DNA of 53,102 nucleotides, filler included, from Sphacelaria rigidula (GCA_964200075.2; 3 parts of 3 records of this genome joined end to end with filler, not necessarily neighbours in it); one strand, 5' to 3'; shown: positions 34,838-48,480, counted from the first letter of the whole stretch. Numbers and translations: made by a program. The notes: generated by a model not told the origin, from the sequence alone.

Positions 34838-35379
34838 CTTTGACGGGCAGAAAAAACAGTGGGCGAGCAGCCAGCACACACGCAGGGGTGTGGGGGTGGG
34901 AATCGGGGAGGACACAAGTGAGTACGGAGCACCAGCTTTCAAAGCAAGATGACGTTTCATGTCCTCGTGCGCTGGAAGAGGGGTAAGAAATATTTTCGAT
35001 GTTTGAAAACAGTGCTGCAGTTTCCCTTTCAGTGCAACCTGTTCTTGTTCGTGCTTCTCCTCCCCACACACCCCTCTCTTCACTCATGAGCCTGGTCCGG
35101 CGAAAACCCGGCGTGCTCCGTCTCGCCTTTGTAGGAATGCGAAGTCAATGGTCAGATGACGATGGCATGCAAGATCATGAGTACCCCCCCCTCTTCCCCA
35201 GTACACGTCGGTGACAAAATGACACACTATACCCTTACGGCGATCAAAGACACGATGAAGAAGGACCTTTGTATCAGACTTCGATTGTTTCGAGTTTTTT
35301 TTTTTTTTTTTTCTCGCGGTCAAATAAAAAATCAGGGTACTCCTCGGTAATTTTCCCCCCACAGACGACTACCTTTGCC

Positions 35380-35479
35380 NNNNNNNNNNNNNNNNNNNNN
35401 NNNNNNNNNNNNNNNNNNNNNNNTTAATTAATTAANNNNNNNNNNNNNNNNNNNNNNNNNNNNNNNNNNNNNNNNNNNN
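35380..35479. other. Assembly gap with six-frame-stop linker
   Basis: Same 100-nt structure as the first gap. Confidence 0.98.
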
Positions 35480-35994
35480 GGTGGACGAGGATGTGGGATG
35501 GAGGGACAGCCGCGCGCCGAATCAGGTCATAAATCAATAGGCTCAGCCTCGGCATAAGGGCGTTCATAGTATAAGGAAATATGTTACTTCCGCCCACCTG
35601 TCACCCCGGTAATACTCTGGTTTCCCACATAATCGGCAAGCCAAGAACAAACCGTACAGCCATAGAAAGAGAAAGCTGTTCAAGTGTTCGATATCTTCAT
35701 ATTGAAGAAGTTTGGTTCTGGGCTTACAAAAACATCATGTGTCGAGATACACCGTCTTCTAAGGAGCTGAATCAGCTTCAAACATGCTTCTTATAGATCC
35801 CAACGCATCAAAAGTAATATTTTACAGGAAGAGACCGCCGGCTACTGGTGAATCGCACAGCAATATACACATACTTCATATATATATATATATATATATC
35901 TCTATCGTACTTCCGAGTGTTCTTTTTTCGTAGAACACTGTAGTGGGTGTTGGTACCAACTACCCCCTAGCTGCTTATCGCATAACACTGGCAC

Positions 35995-36739
35995 CTGCAA
36001 TCCCGGCGGATCCTCGAAATACGTGCAGTCGGTATGTGACCCCAGGGCATCGTTAGAGTAAGCGCTGTCTTTGAAGGCTTTTTCCTGTGCCGACGTGTCC
36101 GCATTGGTGGCCCACATGCCGGGCCCGTATAACGTGCTCCTCAGGTGGTTTCCGATCCTCAATGATAGCTTTTCCGTCCCGGCTTCGTTAGTCGGTACCC
36201 CGCGCACCAAGACGATGCCATGAGATCGCAAAACGCTCAACAGGCGGGCCATGGAAGCCCTCTCAACGTTTCCGGACAAGGGTGAATAATCCTCCGAAGG
36301 CAGCGATGAAAATGATGGAGTTTGTGGTGTTGAACCTGCAGACATCACTTCTTCGAAGTCGAAGCAAGGTGCTTCGCCTCTAGAAGTAGTGACGCCGTGA
36401 CAACCATCGGGGCTTGGTCTACAAAATATATCCGAGCCCCACAGAATTGTCCGCCCCGACGGCGCGGCGAATCGCGCGCCGATGTTGTGCCCGGCGCCCT
36501 CGCGGAGGTTGCGTGCCGCGGGCGAGGTGCAGTGCCGCCGCAGCCAATCGACAGGGATCGCAATTTCGTGCTGTTGGTGTTTGTCCCGGTGTTTGGGCTG
36601 CTGCACCAGATCGTTCCCGTCAGAGATGTTACTAGCGCAGTTATTCCCGCTGCCCTCGGCGTCTTCCCAGCGGATACGCAGCTGCTGCAGTGGTTGCTGG
36701 TGAGACGTGGGAATGATGGAGGCTTCATGCACGCGAAAT
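35995..36739 (-). CDS. Exon of trimethyllysine dioxygenase / gamma-butyrobetaine hydroxylase-like Fe(II)/2OG dioxygenase (TauD family)
   Basis: Motifs GIVLVRGVP, LRSTLYG and DSAYSNDALGSHTDCTYFEDPPGLQ (HxD iron ligands, TMLHE-type context). Acceptor gaacag| at 36739, donor CAG|gtgcca at 35995. Confidence 0.85.
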
Positions 36740-37629
36740 CTGTTCGGTACACCGTAGGTATCCAGCTGTCGAAGTCAACGGTGGGCAGACAGGAAGCGGG
36801 GGCAGTAGAGGTCACCGTCCAAAGAGTCACTGAGACTGTACTGCTGATTTGATTTGATTTGATTTGATTTGATTGCTGCACTTTAACTGACCCCCCAGGG
36901 GTCCAGCCGTGCTAACATGGTAAACGCACCCGAGAAAAACACACAGGAGTTGAATGCTAACAAGGAATTTTGTGCTTTACTCAAAAGGTACGCGATATAT
37001 ATCTCAGCAATGGGCCTGGTGAAACATACGCTTAGATTCGGAGACACTGAGAGCGAACGGTGTGCAAAGCGAAAAATGTGCGAATGGAAGAAATATATAT
37101 CTATGACGTACTTAATAGCTCGATTTCACCAGGCGCACGCGATTTGCTGACGATATGCCACGATACAGCCCTGCGATCTCAGCTGGTGATACCGATCAAA
37201 ACATGCCTCAAAATACCCCCAGCGAAACTGGCTAGAAAAAATGCGGGTATCGCTGTTCCACTATAGTACAGTTTGTCAGTTGTCAAACCTTAGCCCCGTG
37301 AGCGACCATGACCGTGGTTGGACATCAATTGGACGTCACGAATCCTTCACTCTCGGCATCCAGACAAAGTCTACAGAGGAATATAGAGCGATGAAGCTTC
37401 ATGACCTGTTCTGCGCACATCCCGTGGCACAATCGTTTTGTGGATACGCCTCAACCGCAACCATATCGTGTTCTTACAGAGACGGGGCGTCCCAATGTCG
37501 GTTCAGTTGCGAGTACCCAAGCGCTTGCTATAACTGCTGTAGTATAGTGGGATTGAATCTTCAATGAAACTGTGATAGAAATGAAGATATATTATTTAGT
37601 CATATAGATAATGCTCCTCCGCGGATTGC

Positions 37630-40600
37630 ATTCCTGCACGCAGGTGCGACAGTGACGATGCTTGTCAGCGCAGGATTTCTCCGCACTCCGGCGCACCAGG
37701 CGCCAGTATTTGATTCTTCAGTTTGCTGCTTTCCTGTATTTGTTTCTGGGAATTTTCCGTTTCCCTACGCCGGCATCGCCCATTTTCGGCGGAGTTTACT
37801 CTGCGACAGGTGATTTCCCTAGTCGTTTGCCTCTCCCCCGTGCCGGCGAGCTAGCTGCTCACCAGAATCTCACGTTTCCCTCTGGATGGCCCTCTCTTTC
37901 CCAGGAATTCAACGCGCGGAATCAGTGGTATCAGTGACGTTCTCATCCGTGTGACCCCCTTTTCGCGTCAGTGGTACCAGTTACGTTTCCAGCCGTTTGA
38001 TCCTCTTTCGCGCCCAGTGAAGTTCCCAGTCGTTTGATCCCCCTTTCAATCTTATGCGTTCGGAATTTCATGCTTTCTGTCACATCGGAACCACTGACTA
38101 CACTACCTCTCTCTCGTTTGCGTTCTCCCAGGGGACCCGTCACTCATGGAACCCGTCACTCTGAGACGAGCGACTTCGGCAGCTGTTGGCCTCCAGCCAC
38201 ATTCCGAGCCGTTTGACCACCTCTTGCGCCGCTGTTCACCAGTGGATCTCACGCTTCTCGGAATCTAGCGCAACCTGTTACCCCGGCATCTCTCGGAATT
38301 TTCACTTGAGCGAGGCCTGAAAATGATGCTGATTAGTCAAGAGGCGGTCAAATGGCACACTTTGTTTTCGGCCCCCCTCTCCATAGTATCCGAGTCTTTG
38401 ATTGGCCAATCTACTCTCTAAACCGAATCCCAACCGTAACCCGACAAAGACAACCGTAACCCGACAAAGACGGATCGTCAATACGCAAGCATCGACGGTG
38501 TTCTATGGCTCTCGTAGTCACAGAGTGCTTTGTCCTACGGCGATGATCCAAACTTGTTGAACGTCGAAGGTGACAATCTGTAGAATCGGCCAAATTTTCA
38601 GGTCATTCATTAACGGATGAAAATGATGCCGATTTTACTAATTAATTGATACCGTCAACAAATGGACACCTTCGGCGGTCGAGAAATTTATTTCGTCATC
38701 AGCCCCTTTCTTCACAATAAACGCATCTTTCATTGACTGACCCAGCTGCACTTCAACACTAACCTCAGCCGTAACCCGAGAAAGGCAGACCTCCAACACT
38801 CGGGCAGCGAGGGTGCTCTATGGCTCCCTAGGCATAGGGTGCTTTGCCTTATGGCGTAGATTGAAACCCTCCGACCCGCCCGTGTTCTTTTATTTGTGCA
38901 GTAGTTATAATTTTAACGCCCTTTTCAAGTGATAGTGATGCCGATTCCACAAATGAACACCTCCGACTTCAAGGGGTTTACCAGAAGCCGGTGGTCTGGT
39001 GGAGTGTGTGCCGTTGAGCACAGTGACAGTTCTTCAGTTCATCATGCAGCCCTTATCCCCTGAGCCGTGGTGTCTTCTGTGATCTTCGATGATGTGTACG
39101 ACCGGTACAAATCACGTTGTGTTCTGCGAGATAAAGTGACGCCGGCGTGCATTAAGCCCTTGGCCGCAAGGGTAACCCACGTGGATCATGCATAATTTTT
39201 CCACGTAAAATCGATGCCGATTCAATAGATCCCTGATCTCCCCGTCAAAGGATAATATTAGACCGCGAGGGGCAGCTCATCTGGACCATGCATACTTTTT
39301 TTAAGTGAAGTTGATGCCGATTTAACAGATGGTCCACTCTCGCCTGCGAAGGGTTGATGTTGGCGAAAAGCCAGTAGGGATGCAAGAATTAGGCTGCTGA
39401 ATAACCGGAAGTGCTGGGTACATGGGTGGAGGGGTAAAATATTATGCTGGTGTAGATGAGGAGGGGGTTCGAGCCCGGCTACACTGCAATTCTAAAAGAT
39501 ATTTTTCCCCTTCCTCCACACACGAAAAAACCCAGTAGGGGTAGTGATTAACCGTCAGACAGCAAGAGTAGGCCATCTGTTGAATCGACGTCAACTTCTG
39601 TTGGGAGAATAATGCAAGATCCATGGCTTATTATTTTCTGTGGGAAACTTTCATAACACGTGTGGTTGACTCGGCGAGATATTCGGCTGTTACGCGGGTA
39701 GGCCCCACCCCCCTGTCCACCCCCCCACCCCGGGCCCAGGACACCCTCGGATGTCCCTGGACTGTCAGCTTGTGAAATTGTTTTGAGGCGACGCTCGCTG
39801 TCTAAGGGTTAAGACCATCGTTCATGGCAGTCACCAATCTTAATTTTTATGCAGGTCGGGGCAAACAAGTCGGTGAACGCATTTAGACCAACTTGTATGG
39901 CAGCCAATCCCGAATCTGGCGGGACCCCAATCTGTGCCATATCGGGAGGACTCAGATTCGCAAAACTCAGATTCGTGTGTACGCATGTATGGGCCATGGC
40001 TTCACAGATGTGTTCAAAGTGCTCCTTCACTTTCTGCAGGGATGTGGTGTCACAATGACACCAACGAACAGGTAGGCAGTGAATCATCTTTCAAGAGTAG
40101 CGTCGTACCGTGGTACTCTAGGGTGTAACGCAGTGCAGTACACTCCACAATCACAGTACACGATAATGCCGTGTGGTAACACATAGTACAGTCGGTATTG
40201 CGAAAACAGTGGACAGTGTGCGGTAAGAGTCCACGTGTGAGTGCCATTCATCGCCCTTCGAGTACATCGACAGCAAAGTGTAGGATAGTACAGTACCGTT
40301 CGTTATGATGATACATACAGCAGCACAGTGCAGCATATCATGTTACCATCGCAGCAGGGTACGGCGTCAACACTTCTTATCCACTTGTCAAACCTCGTGC
40401 GAAGCTGCTCCAGCAGCTGGCGCTGGCAGGCACGCCCTATGCTCTCACGAGACTGTCTGCTGCTGCTATTGGAAAAATATCAAAAGCCTGTTGGGCTGTT
40501 ACCGTACGTCAATGTACGTACGTCACTTCATAAACATTCGGAGGACCTCGATGTTCCCTCGATCTGCGCTCAGATTCGGGGGAAAACATTCTTAAATCGT

Positions 40601-43600
40601 GACACACGAAGCTGAGCTTCCCCGATTTAGGTCAAACTAGGGTCCATACCAGGTCCTCCGATCTGCGTACAAATCCCTTTCTGTGACTGCCATACAAGAT
40701 GGTCCTGTGGACCTCGATCTGGGCCAAATCGGGGGAGAAAAGTCGGGGTGTCACGATCTCCATACCATTTCTCCCGAATTTTATCGGGGGCAATCTGAGG
40801 TCCCCCCGATTTTGAGGAGGTGACGTACGTGCACTGACGTACAGTGGTAGAGTACGAGGCATTTGATATTTTTGCAACCGCAGCAGAAGACAGTCTCGTG
40901 ACAGCAAAAAGACGTGCCTGCCCGCGCCAGCTGCTGCAGCAGCTTCGCAGGGGGTTTGACAAGGATAATATGTGTTGACGCCGTACCCTGTGACGATGGT
41001 AATATTTTATGATGCGCTGCGCTGCCATATATACACTATACCGAACCGTACTTTACTCTCCTAGTCTGTTGTCGCTGTGCTTGCAGGGATGTATCGCACT
41101 GCACTACTGAACTCTGCTCGCGCACTGATGGTTCACTGTTCTCGCGATACCGACTACCATCATGTACTACCACACAACATTATCATGTACTGTGATAACG
41201 GAGTGTCCTCCACTGTATAATGGAGTTCTTGATAGTGTCGATCCTGTTATAGTCCTTGATAGGTAGTTTTCGGTTCTGCAAGGTCAGTGTCTTCTGCGTT
41301 GCTACGATTCTTTATTTTCGGTCGAGTTTTGTCTCTGTTTGCAGGTTGAAATGAGTCCATTGTGCGCAGATATCGCAGACGGATGATAGGTGGATATTGG
41401 CGGTTACTTTTTGGTTCTGTAGGATCAGTGTCTTCTGCCTCGATTCAATTCTCCATTTCCATTCGAGTTTTGTCATCTTTTGAAGGTGAAATGAGTTAAT
41501 TTCGCGTAAATTTCTCGGACGGAGAATGGGTGGGGCTTTACGGTTATCTTTTTCGTTGTGCAGGATCACTGTCTTCTACCTCGTTTCGATTTTTTTTGGT
41601 CGGGTTCTATCGTCGTTGACAATGGTTGAATGCCCAAAGAGGCAAGCAAGAGGAGAACACGTTATCTTTGAACAATATCTTCGTGTCAAAAGAGTTGTCT
41701 CTGAATCATATCTTTGCCTCTGAGCACTCCTGTATGTGGGCAACGGCTGATGCCGGTAGCAACACTCCTCAATACCCCTTGCCTTGGGAAACGCTCCATT
41801 GAGCGGTGGCGCGAAGCGCCTAAAATCTTGTATTCTTGATACGCATTATCACTTTTTTCAAATGACATTCCTGCACGCAAGTGTGAGATTTATGACGCAT
41901 GACAGCGTAGCATTTCTCCGCACCCCGACGCACCAGGTGGCCGTACTTCTTCGGTTCCTCTGTGATAAATGGAACTTTCCTTATTTTCCTGGGAATTTGC
42001 CCTTTCTCCGCACTTTGCCGTTTCCCTCTCGAGAATTTGTCCTTTTTCGGCGGAATTTACGCTGGGACCAGTGATTTCCCTAGCCGTTTGCCTCTTCTTC
42101 GTGCCAGTGAGCTGCTCACCAGAATATCACGTTTCCCTACTTGGAATTCACGCAATCTGTTTCCGCGGCACTCTTCATTTCTCTCTCCTCCTTTGAATTG
42201 AAGGCACGGAATCTGACGCCATTCACGTGCCGAGCCTATTTCCCCGGCACCAGTGACTCATTCTTCACCCGTCAATCGAACGGAGCCTGTCACTCCGATA
42301 ACAGTGACGTTCCCAGCCATTTGACTCTCCTTTCGCGCCAGTGACTTTTCGAACAGAATCTCACGTTCCCGAAATGTGTGTCACTACCGAAGTATGTTCT
42401 ACAGGAACATCATGGTCGTCCACTGCATATACCGGACTTTGCTCTACACGTTGCGCGGGCCAAACTGTTCCAGATAATACTTCGTTTCTTGGCTTTTCTA
42501 TATGCGGATTGCCGGGGTCGGCGGAAATGCGCGACGCCGTGAACCTTGACAACGATTTCTTCTCCAAATCATTTCAGTCGCCAACCTGGTGTGGCGCTGT
42601 GTATGGCTGTATATGGCCCAGGGACAATCCGGGGACAACCGCCGCGGTCGACCGGTTATCCTTTTGACGGCGACAGGTCATCTGTTGAATTGGCATCAAT
42701 TCCACCTGAAAGGAGTATGCATGATCCAGATGGACTACCGTCGCAGACAAAGGGTTAACCCTTCGACAGCGAACGTAGGTGTTCTGTTGAGTCGGCGCCA
42801 TTTATCCTAGTTTTTAGGTTTGACTAATGCCCATTCAATAGATGACCTACCCTCGCCGCCAAAGGGTCCTCGGGTTTTTCAAGTCGGATAGCCGTCGTTG
42901 GCGGAAGTGCGCGACGCCGGGCATATAAACAACGAATTCTTCTGCACATCATTTCAGCCGCCTATCTGCTGCACCGCTGTGTATGGCTGCATATGACCCA
43001 GCATGAGCGTCCGTCGCGGTCAAACAGTTGACCCTTTGGCGGCGAGCGTAGGTCATTTATTGAATTGGCATCAATTCCACCTGAAAGAGGTATGCATGAT
43101 CCAGATGGACTGTCCTCGCCGTCAAACGGTGAACCCTCTGGCCGCAAGCATACGCGATCTGTTGAATCGGCGTCATTCATCTTAAATTTTAGGGGTGAAC
43201 AATGCCGACTCAATATCGATGGCCTACCCTCGCCATCAAAGGGCCCTCGGCTTTTTCATAGTCGGATACAAGTCGCGATGCCGGGTACATTGACAACGAT
43301 TTCTTCTGCACATTATTTCAGTCGCCTATCTGCTGCGCCGCTGTGTATAGCTGCAGATGACCCAGGCTGAACATCCGTCGCGGTCAAACGGTTAACCCTT
43401 TGGCGGCGAGCGTAGGTCATTTATTTAATCGGCATCAATTCCACCTGAAATGGGGTATGCATGATCCAGATGGACTATCCTCGCAGTCAAACGGTCAACC
43501 TCTTGACCACGATCGTACGTGATCTGTTGAATCGGTGTCATTCATCTTAAATTTTAGGTGTAAATGATGCCGATTCAATAAATGGCCTACCCTCGCAATA

Positions 43601-46600
43601 ACCCTTTGGCCGCCAAGGTAGGCCATAACGGACCATTGACTATTCAACAGATGACCTATATATGGTGGCGGTCAATGGGTCAGATTGATTCGCATTATTG
43701 ACATGACATATGCACCAGCACAACATATACACACATCAATATCTGAGCGCACCGATCGACGCGTAGTTGCTGTGCTCTCTTGAGCGGTGGCGCGAAGCGC
43801 CGAAAACCTTGTATTATTCTTTTTCATTAAGTTTATCGGCATTCCGGGTCTCTGGACACAGGTGCAACAATCACGGGGCCTGACAGCGCACCTTTCCTCC
43901 GAAATCCGACGCACCAGTGGCCAGTATTATTCCGTTTATTTTCTCCCGTGCTTTTTGAGGAATTTACCCTATATCCACACTTTCCGGCTCCCCTTCGCGG
44001 AATTTACCCGTTTATCCGCGGAATTTACCCAGGACCAGTGACTTCCCTAGCCACCATAATCTCTACTCGGAATTACCGCAACCTGTTTCCGTGGCACTTT
44101 TCACTTCTCTCTCCTCCTGTGGATTTCACGCGCGGGACTTCCAACAACACCAGTGACGCGCCGAACCGTTTAACTTGTCTCTCATGAAAATCTAACGCAC
44201 CTTATTTCCCCGGCACGAGTGGCCTACTCTTCACCCGTCAATGCAACGGAACCTGCATGTCTCTCCCGTACTAGTGATGTTCTCAGCCGTTTGACCCCCC
44301 TTTCGTGCCAGTGACTACCACTGTTTTTTTTAACTTGAAAGAGACCTGAAAATGATTCCCATTTAACAAGAGGCGGTCAAAGGATCCAATTTCGTCTTCA
44401 GTTCGTCTGTCTATGATATACCCAAATCTTCGATAGACTGACCCAGCTATAATCTAACCCTAACCCAAACCGTAATCCACCGATGAAGGCAGATGATAAA
44501 CATTCGGGCACCGGACACTTTCTGCGATAGCTTCCCCCTCCTCCCCCCCCCCAAACCAGCCTAAAACTTTCACGAAGAAAAGGGTCGTACAGCGCCTGAT
44601 GTTTGATTTCAGGCTGCATGAAGCGCTTAATATGAGCGATATCGGCGAAAACGAACCCAAGCGTGGGACTTCCCAGCCGTTCGTTGTGCTCGGCTCAGGT
44701 ATTTTTCAAGTGAAAATGATGCCGATGCCACAAATCAGCTGCTCGCTGTGCTCGGCTCCTTTCATTTCGAATTACGTGGTGTAGATTTTGCCCCTCCCAA
44801 CCAGCCACTTTTGGGGGGGAGCTATCGCAGAAAGTGTCACCAAGACTATCCTATGGCTCTCGGAGTCACATCGTGCTTTGTCCTACGGCGCCAATCCTAA
44901 CCCTTCAACCGCCGGAGGTGTTCATTTATTTGTGGAATTGGCCTGATTCTCATGTATTTTTCAAGTGAAAACGATGCCGATTCCATAAATCATCTGCTCG
45001 TTCTGCTCGGCATAGTTCATTTCGATTCACGTGTACAGTTTTCCTCTCCAAACCAGCCACTTTTTGGGAGGGGGGGGCTATCGCAGAATATGTCACTTAG
45101 GGAATCCATCACTAGAAGAATTTGTGGAATCGGCATCATTTTCAGGCCCTTTTCAAGCAAGTAATAACGATGTCAATTCTACAAATGAACACTTCCCGCG
45201 CTAGAGGGTTTACCAGAAGCTGGAGGTCTGGCGGAGCATGTGTCGTTGAGTACAATAACAGAGAGATCTTCAGTGCATCATGCCACCCCCATGCCCTGAG
45301 CCGTGGTGTCTTCTGTGATATTTGGTTATGCGTACGACCGGTACGAATCACCTTGTCTTCTGCGAGATGAAGTGATGCCAATTTGCATCAATCCCTAGGC
45401 CGCGAGAGTGTCCTATCTCGATCATGCATTATTCTTTCAAGTGAAATTGGTGCCGATTGAACAGATGACCTACTCTCTCTCGCCTTCGAACGGGTAACCC
45501 TGACACGATGAGTGTAGGTCATATGTTGAATCGGCATCAACTTCACTTGAAAAACGTATGCGAGGTCCAGATGAACTACCCTCGCGGTCTAAGGGTTAAT
45601 GTTGGCGTGCATTCCTACAAGCTCTAAACGAAACAACCCAGTAGGGGTGATGATCTGTTGAATCGGCATCAACTTCAACTGGGAGAAAAATACATGATCC
45701 ATGGCCAATAATCTTCCGCGGGAAACTCCCGAAACACATATGGTTGACTTGGAGAGCTTTTCGGCTCTTATTATGCGAGTAGTTCCCCCACCCCCCTCCC
45801 CCCCGCCGCCGCCGCCGCCGCCGCCCGGAGGCCACCCTCGGATGTCCCTGCACTGTCAGCTTGTGAAATTGGTTTGAGGCGACGCTCGCTGTCGCAGGGT
45901 CAAGACTATCTTTTATGGCAGTCGCCGATCTCGGGTTTTACGCAGATCGGGGGAAAAAAATCGAGGAACGCGTTCTATGGACCCCGATTTGGGAAAAAAT
46001 CATGGTGTCACGATTTCAGAACAATTTCCACCCATTTTCATCGGGGGAAATCCGAGGTCCCCCCGATTTCGAGGAGGTGAACTACGTGCACTGACGCACA
46101 ATGGTGGAGGACGAGCCTACCCGTGCCAGCTGCCGCAGCAGCTTCGCACGGGGTTTGAGACGAGTGGATAATAACTATTGACGCCCCACCCTGTGGCGAT
46201 GGTAATATCTCATGCTGCACTGCGCTGCCACATGTATCACTATGCCGAACGGTGCTGTACTTTCCTATTCTGTTGTCGCTGTAGTTGCACGGTGATGTTT
46301 TGCACTGGACTACTGAACTCTTCTCGTGCACTGATTGCTCGCTGTTCTCGCAATACCGACTGTGCCATCATCATATACTACCACACGGCATGATCATGTG
46401 CTGTGATCATGGAGTGTCCTGCACTGTATTACCCTAGGGTACCATGGTACGACACTATACTTCGAAGGGGTATTCACCTTCTGCCTGTTCTTCGGCTTCA
46501 TGCACGAGTACGCAATACCACGCTCGTGCAGAAAATGTCCGTCTGTGTACAGGACTATTTCACAAATCTGTGATACCATGAAGCGGTCCCCCTGATTTTG

Positions 46601-48480
46601 AGTTTGCGGATTTGAGTCCCTGTCTCAGAAAATCGAGATTCGTTGCCATAAAAGATGGTCAATGAGCCGAAATGTTCATAAATGATGCATCATAGAATAT
46701 ATGCAACATCGGTGGAGTTGGATTTGGGCAGGGGGTGCATGGTGACGCAGCGGACGAGAAAATAGCCGTCCCCGGGGGTGGGCTACTACCGTGAACTTGG
46801 GGGTGGTATTCGCGATTTTGGCCTACATAGCGTATAGCATTACTTCTGCATCATGTCCGGATATTTTTCATACACTTGACATGTAAAAAGGTGAAGAAAG
46901 AACACCTGACCCCGGGGTTGAATGCGCGCATCCCCCCCCCCCCCCCCCCCGAATATGATCACGCGGGCACTCGTGTGTATATCTACTGTTTTGACCTGTT
47001 ACACACGAATTGCGATGCGACTGAACACACGAGTGACACACGAGTGCATCGATCGATCAAACACGGAAACAATAAAGTGCTTATTCACGATCGTCGTTTC
47101 TCCCTCCCCGCGGATGGAACCGCTTTTGAATCCTACTCCAAGCATGATTGGGGGGTGGTACCTACCGTTTCGGCTAGTTACCTACGAGCTGGGCCAGCCG
47201 AAACGAAAACGCACATCACATAAAAGCTTCCCAAGTTCCCCGAATCAACCTGATTTGAGCCTATCGCTGTGACCTGCACACCAAGACAAAGGCTGGGTTG
47301 AGGCGACAGGATCACCTTAGTTTAGCCCATTGCTTCGCTAGTTCTTTGTTATTTATAATTCCTTTTTTTGCTTCACTACTTTTTTACAGGGTGTTATAAT
47401 AGAACATCTATCTATTATGCCAATCATCGATCCCGATTTTTTTCAACATCGAGGGAAAAAAGGTCGGGGTGTCGCGATCTCAGAACAGTTTCCCCGCATT
47501 TTTCGAAACAGTTGGAGAAAAGCATTCCGAGATGGCGACTGCCCCCGACTTCGAGGAGGTGAAGTACGTGCACTGAAGTACAATGGTAGAGAACGAGGCG
47601 TTTGATATTTCTGCAACCGCAGCAGAAGACAGTCTCGTGACAACGCAGTGTGTGCCTGCCCGCGCCAGCTGCTGCAGCAGCTTCGCATGGGGTTTGGCGA
47701 ATGGATAATAACCATTGACGCCGTATACCCTGTGCTGACACATGTATCACTATACCGAACGGTGCTGTACTCTCCTGGTCTGTTGTCGCTGTAGTTGCAC
47801 GGTGATGCTTTGCACTGGACTACTGAACTCTTCTCGCGCACTGATTGCTCACTGTTCTCGCAATACCGACTGTGCCATCATCATGTACTACCACACGGCA
47901 TTATCATGCACTGTAATAATGGAGTGTCCTGCACTGTATTACCCTAGGGTACTATGGTACGACACTGTACTCGAACGATTATTCACCGTCTGCCTGCTCT
48001 TCGGCTTCATGCACGAGTACGCACTTCCGCACTGGTGCAGAAGATATCCGTCTGTATACAGAACTATTTCACAAAAGTATGATATCGTCTGTACCATGAA
48101 ACGGTCCTCCCGATTTTGAGGTCGCGAATTTGAGTCCCCATCTAAAATAATCAAGATTCGTTGCCATAAAATATGGTCTTATATCTATCGTCTCATCGAC
48201 GGGCAACAGTGAATTCCTCCATATTGTCGATGCTATCATACTCCTTCATAGGTAGTTCTTGGTTCTTCAGGATCGGTGTCTTCTGGGTCGCTAAGAGTCC
48301 TTATTTTCGGTCGAGTTTTGTCTATGTTTGGATGTTGAAATGGGTTTATTTTGGGCACACATCTCAGACGGAGGATGGGTGGAGATTGACGGTTATTCTT
48401 TGGTTCTGTACGATCAGTGCCTTCTGCCTCGTTTCAATTCTTCATTTCCGTTCGGGGTTTGTCGTTTTTTCAACGTCAAA
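37630..48480. repeat. ~11-kb non-coding modular repeat block (diverged duplication 37630-41620 vs 43855-48480, plus internal repeats)
   Basis: Module A at ~37630, ~41870, ~43855. Module B at 38300-39830 and 44340-45920. Module C at 40700-41220, 45950-46660, 47430-48180, and inverted at 40070-40560. Module D at 41240-41620 and 48230-48480. Confidence 0.85.
42520..43620. repeat. Three ~370-bp tandem units
   Basis: ttcttct.ca.at.atttcag.cgcc and ggcatcaattccacctgaaa..gtatgcatgatccagatggact each recur three times. Confidence 0.9.

Noticed and set aside
34707-36739. Joining the dioxygenase exon to the downstream minus-strand exons as one gene
   Set aside because: They are separated by an assembly gap, and the downstream exons lack the expected continuation of the dioxygenase fold (e.g. 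the DGF motif and distal His).
39800-48200. Many 60-130-aa ORFs with mutually similar peptides
   Set aside because: The similarity comes from DNA repeat modules; frames are not conserved between copies.
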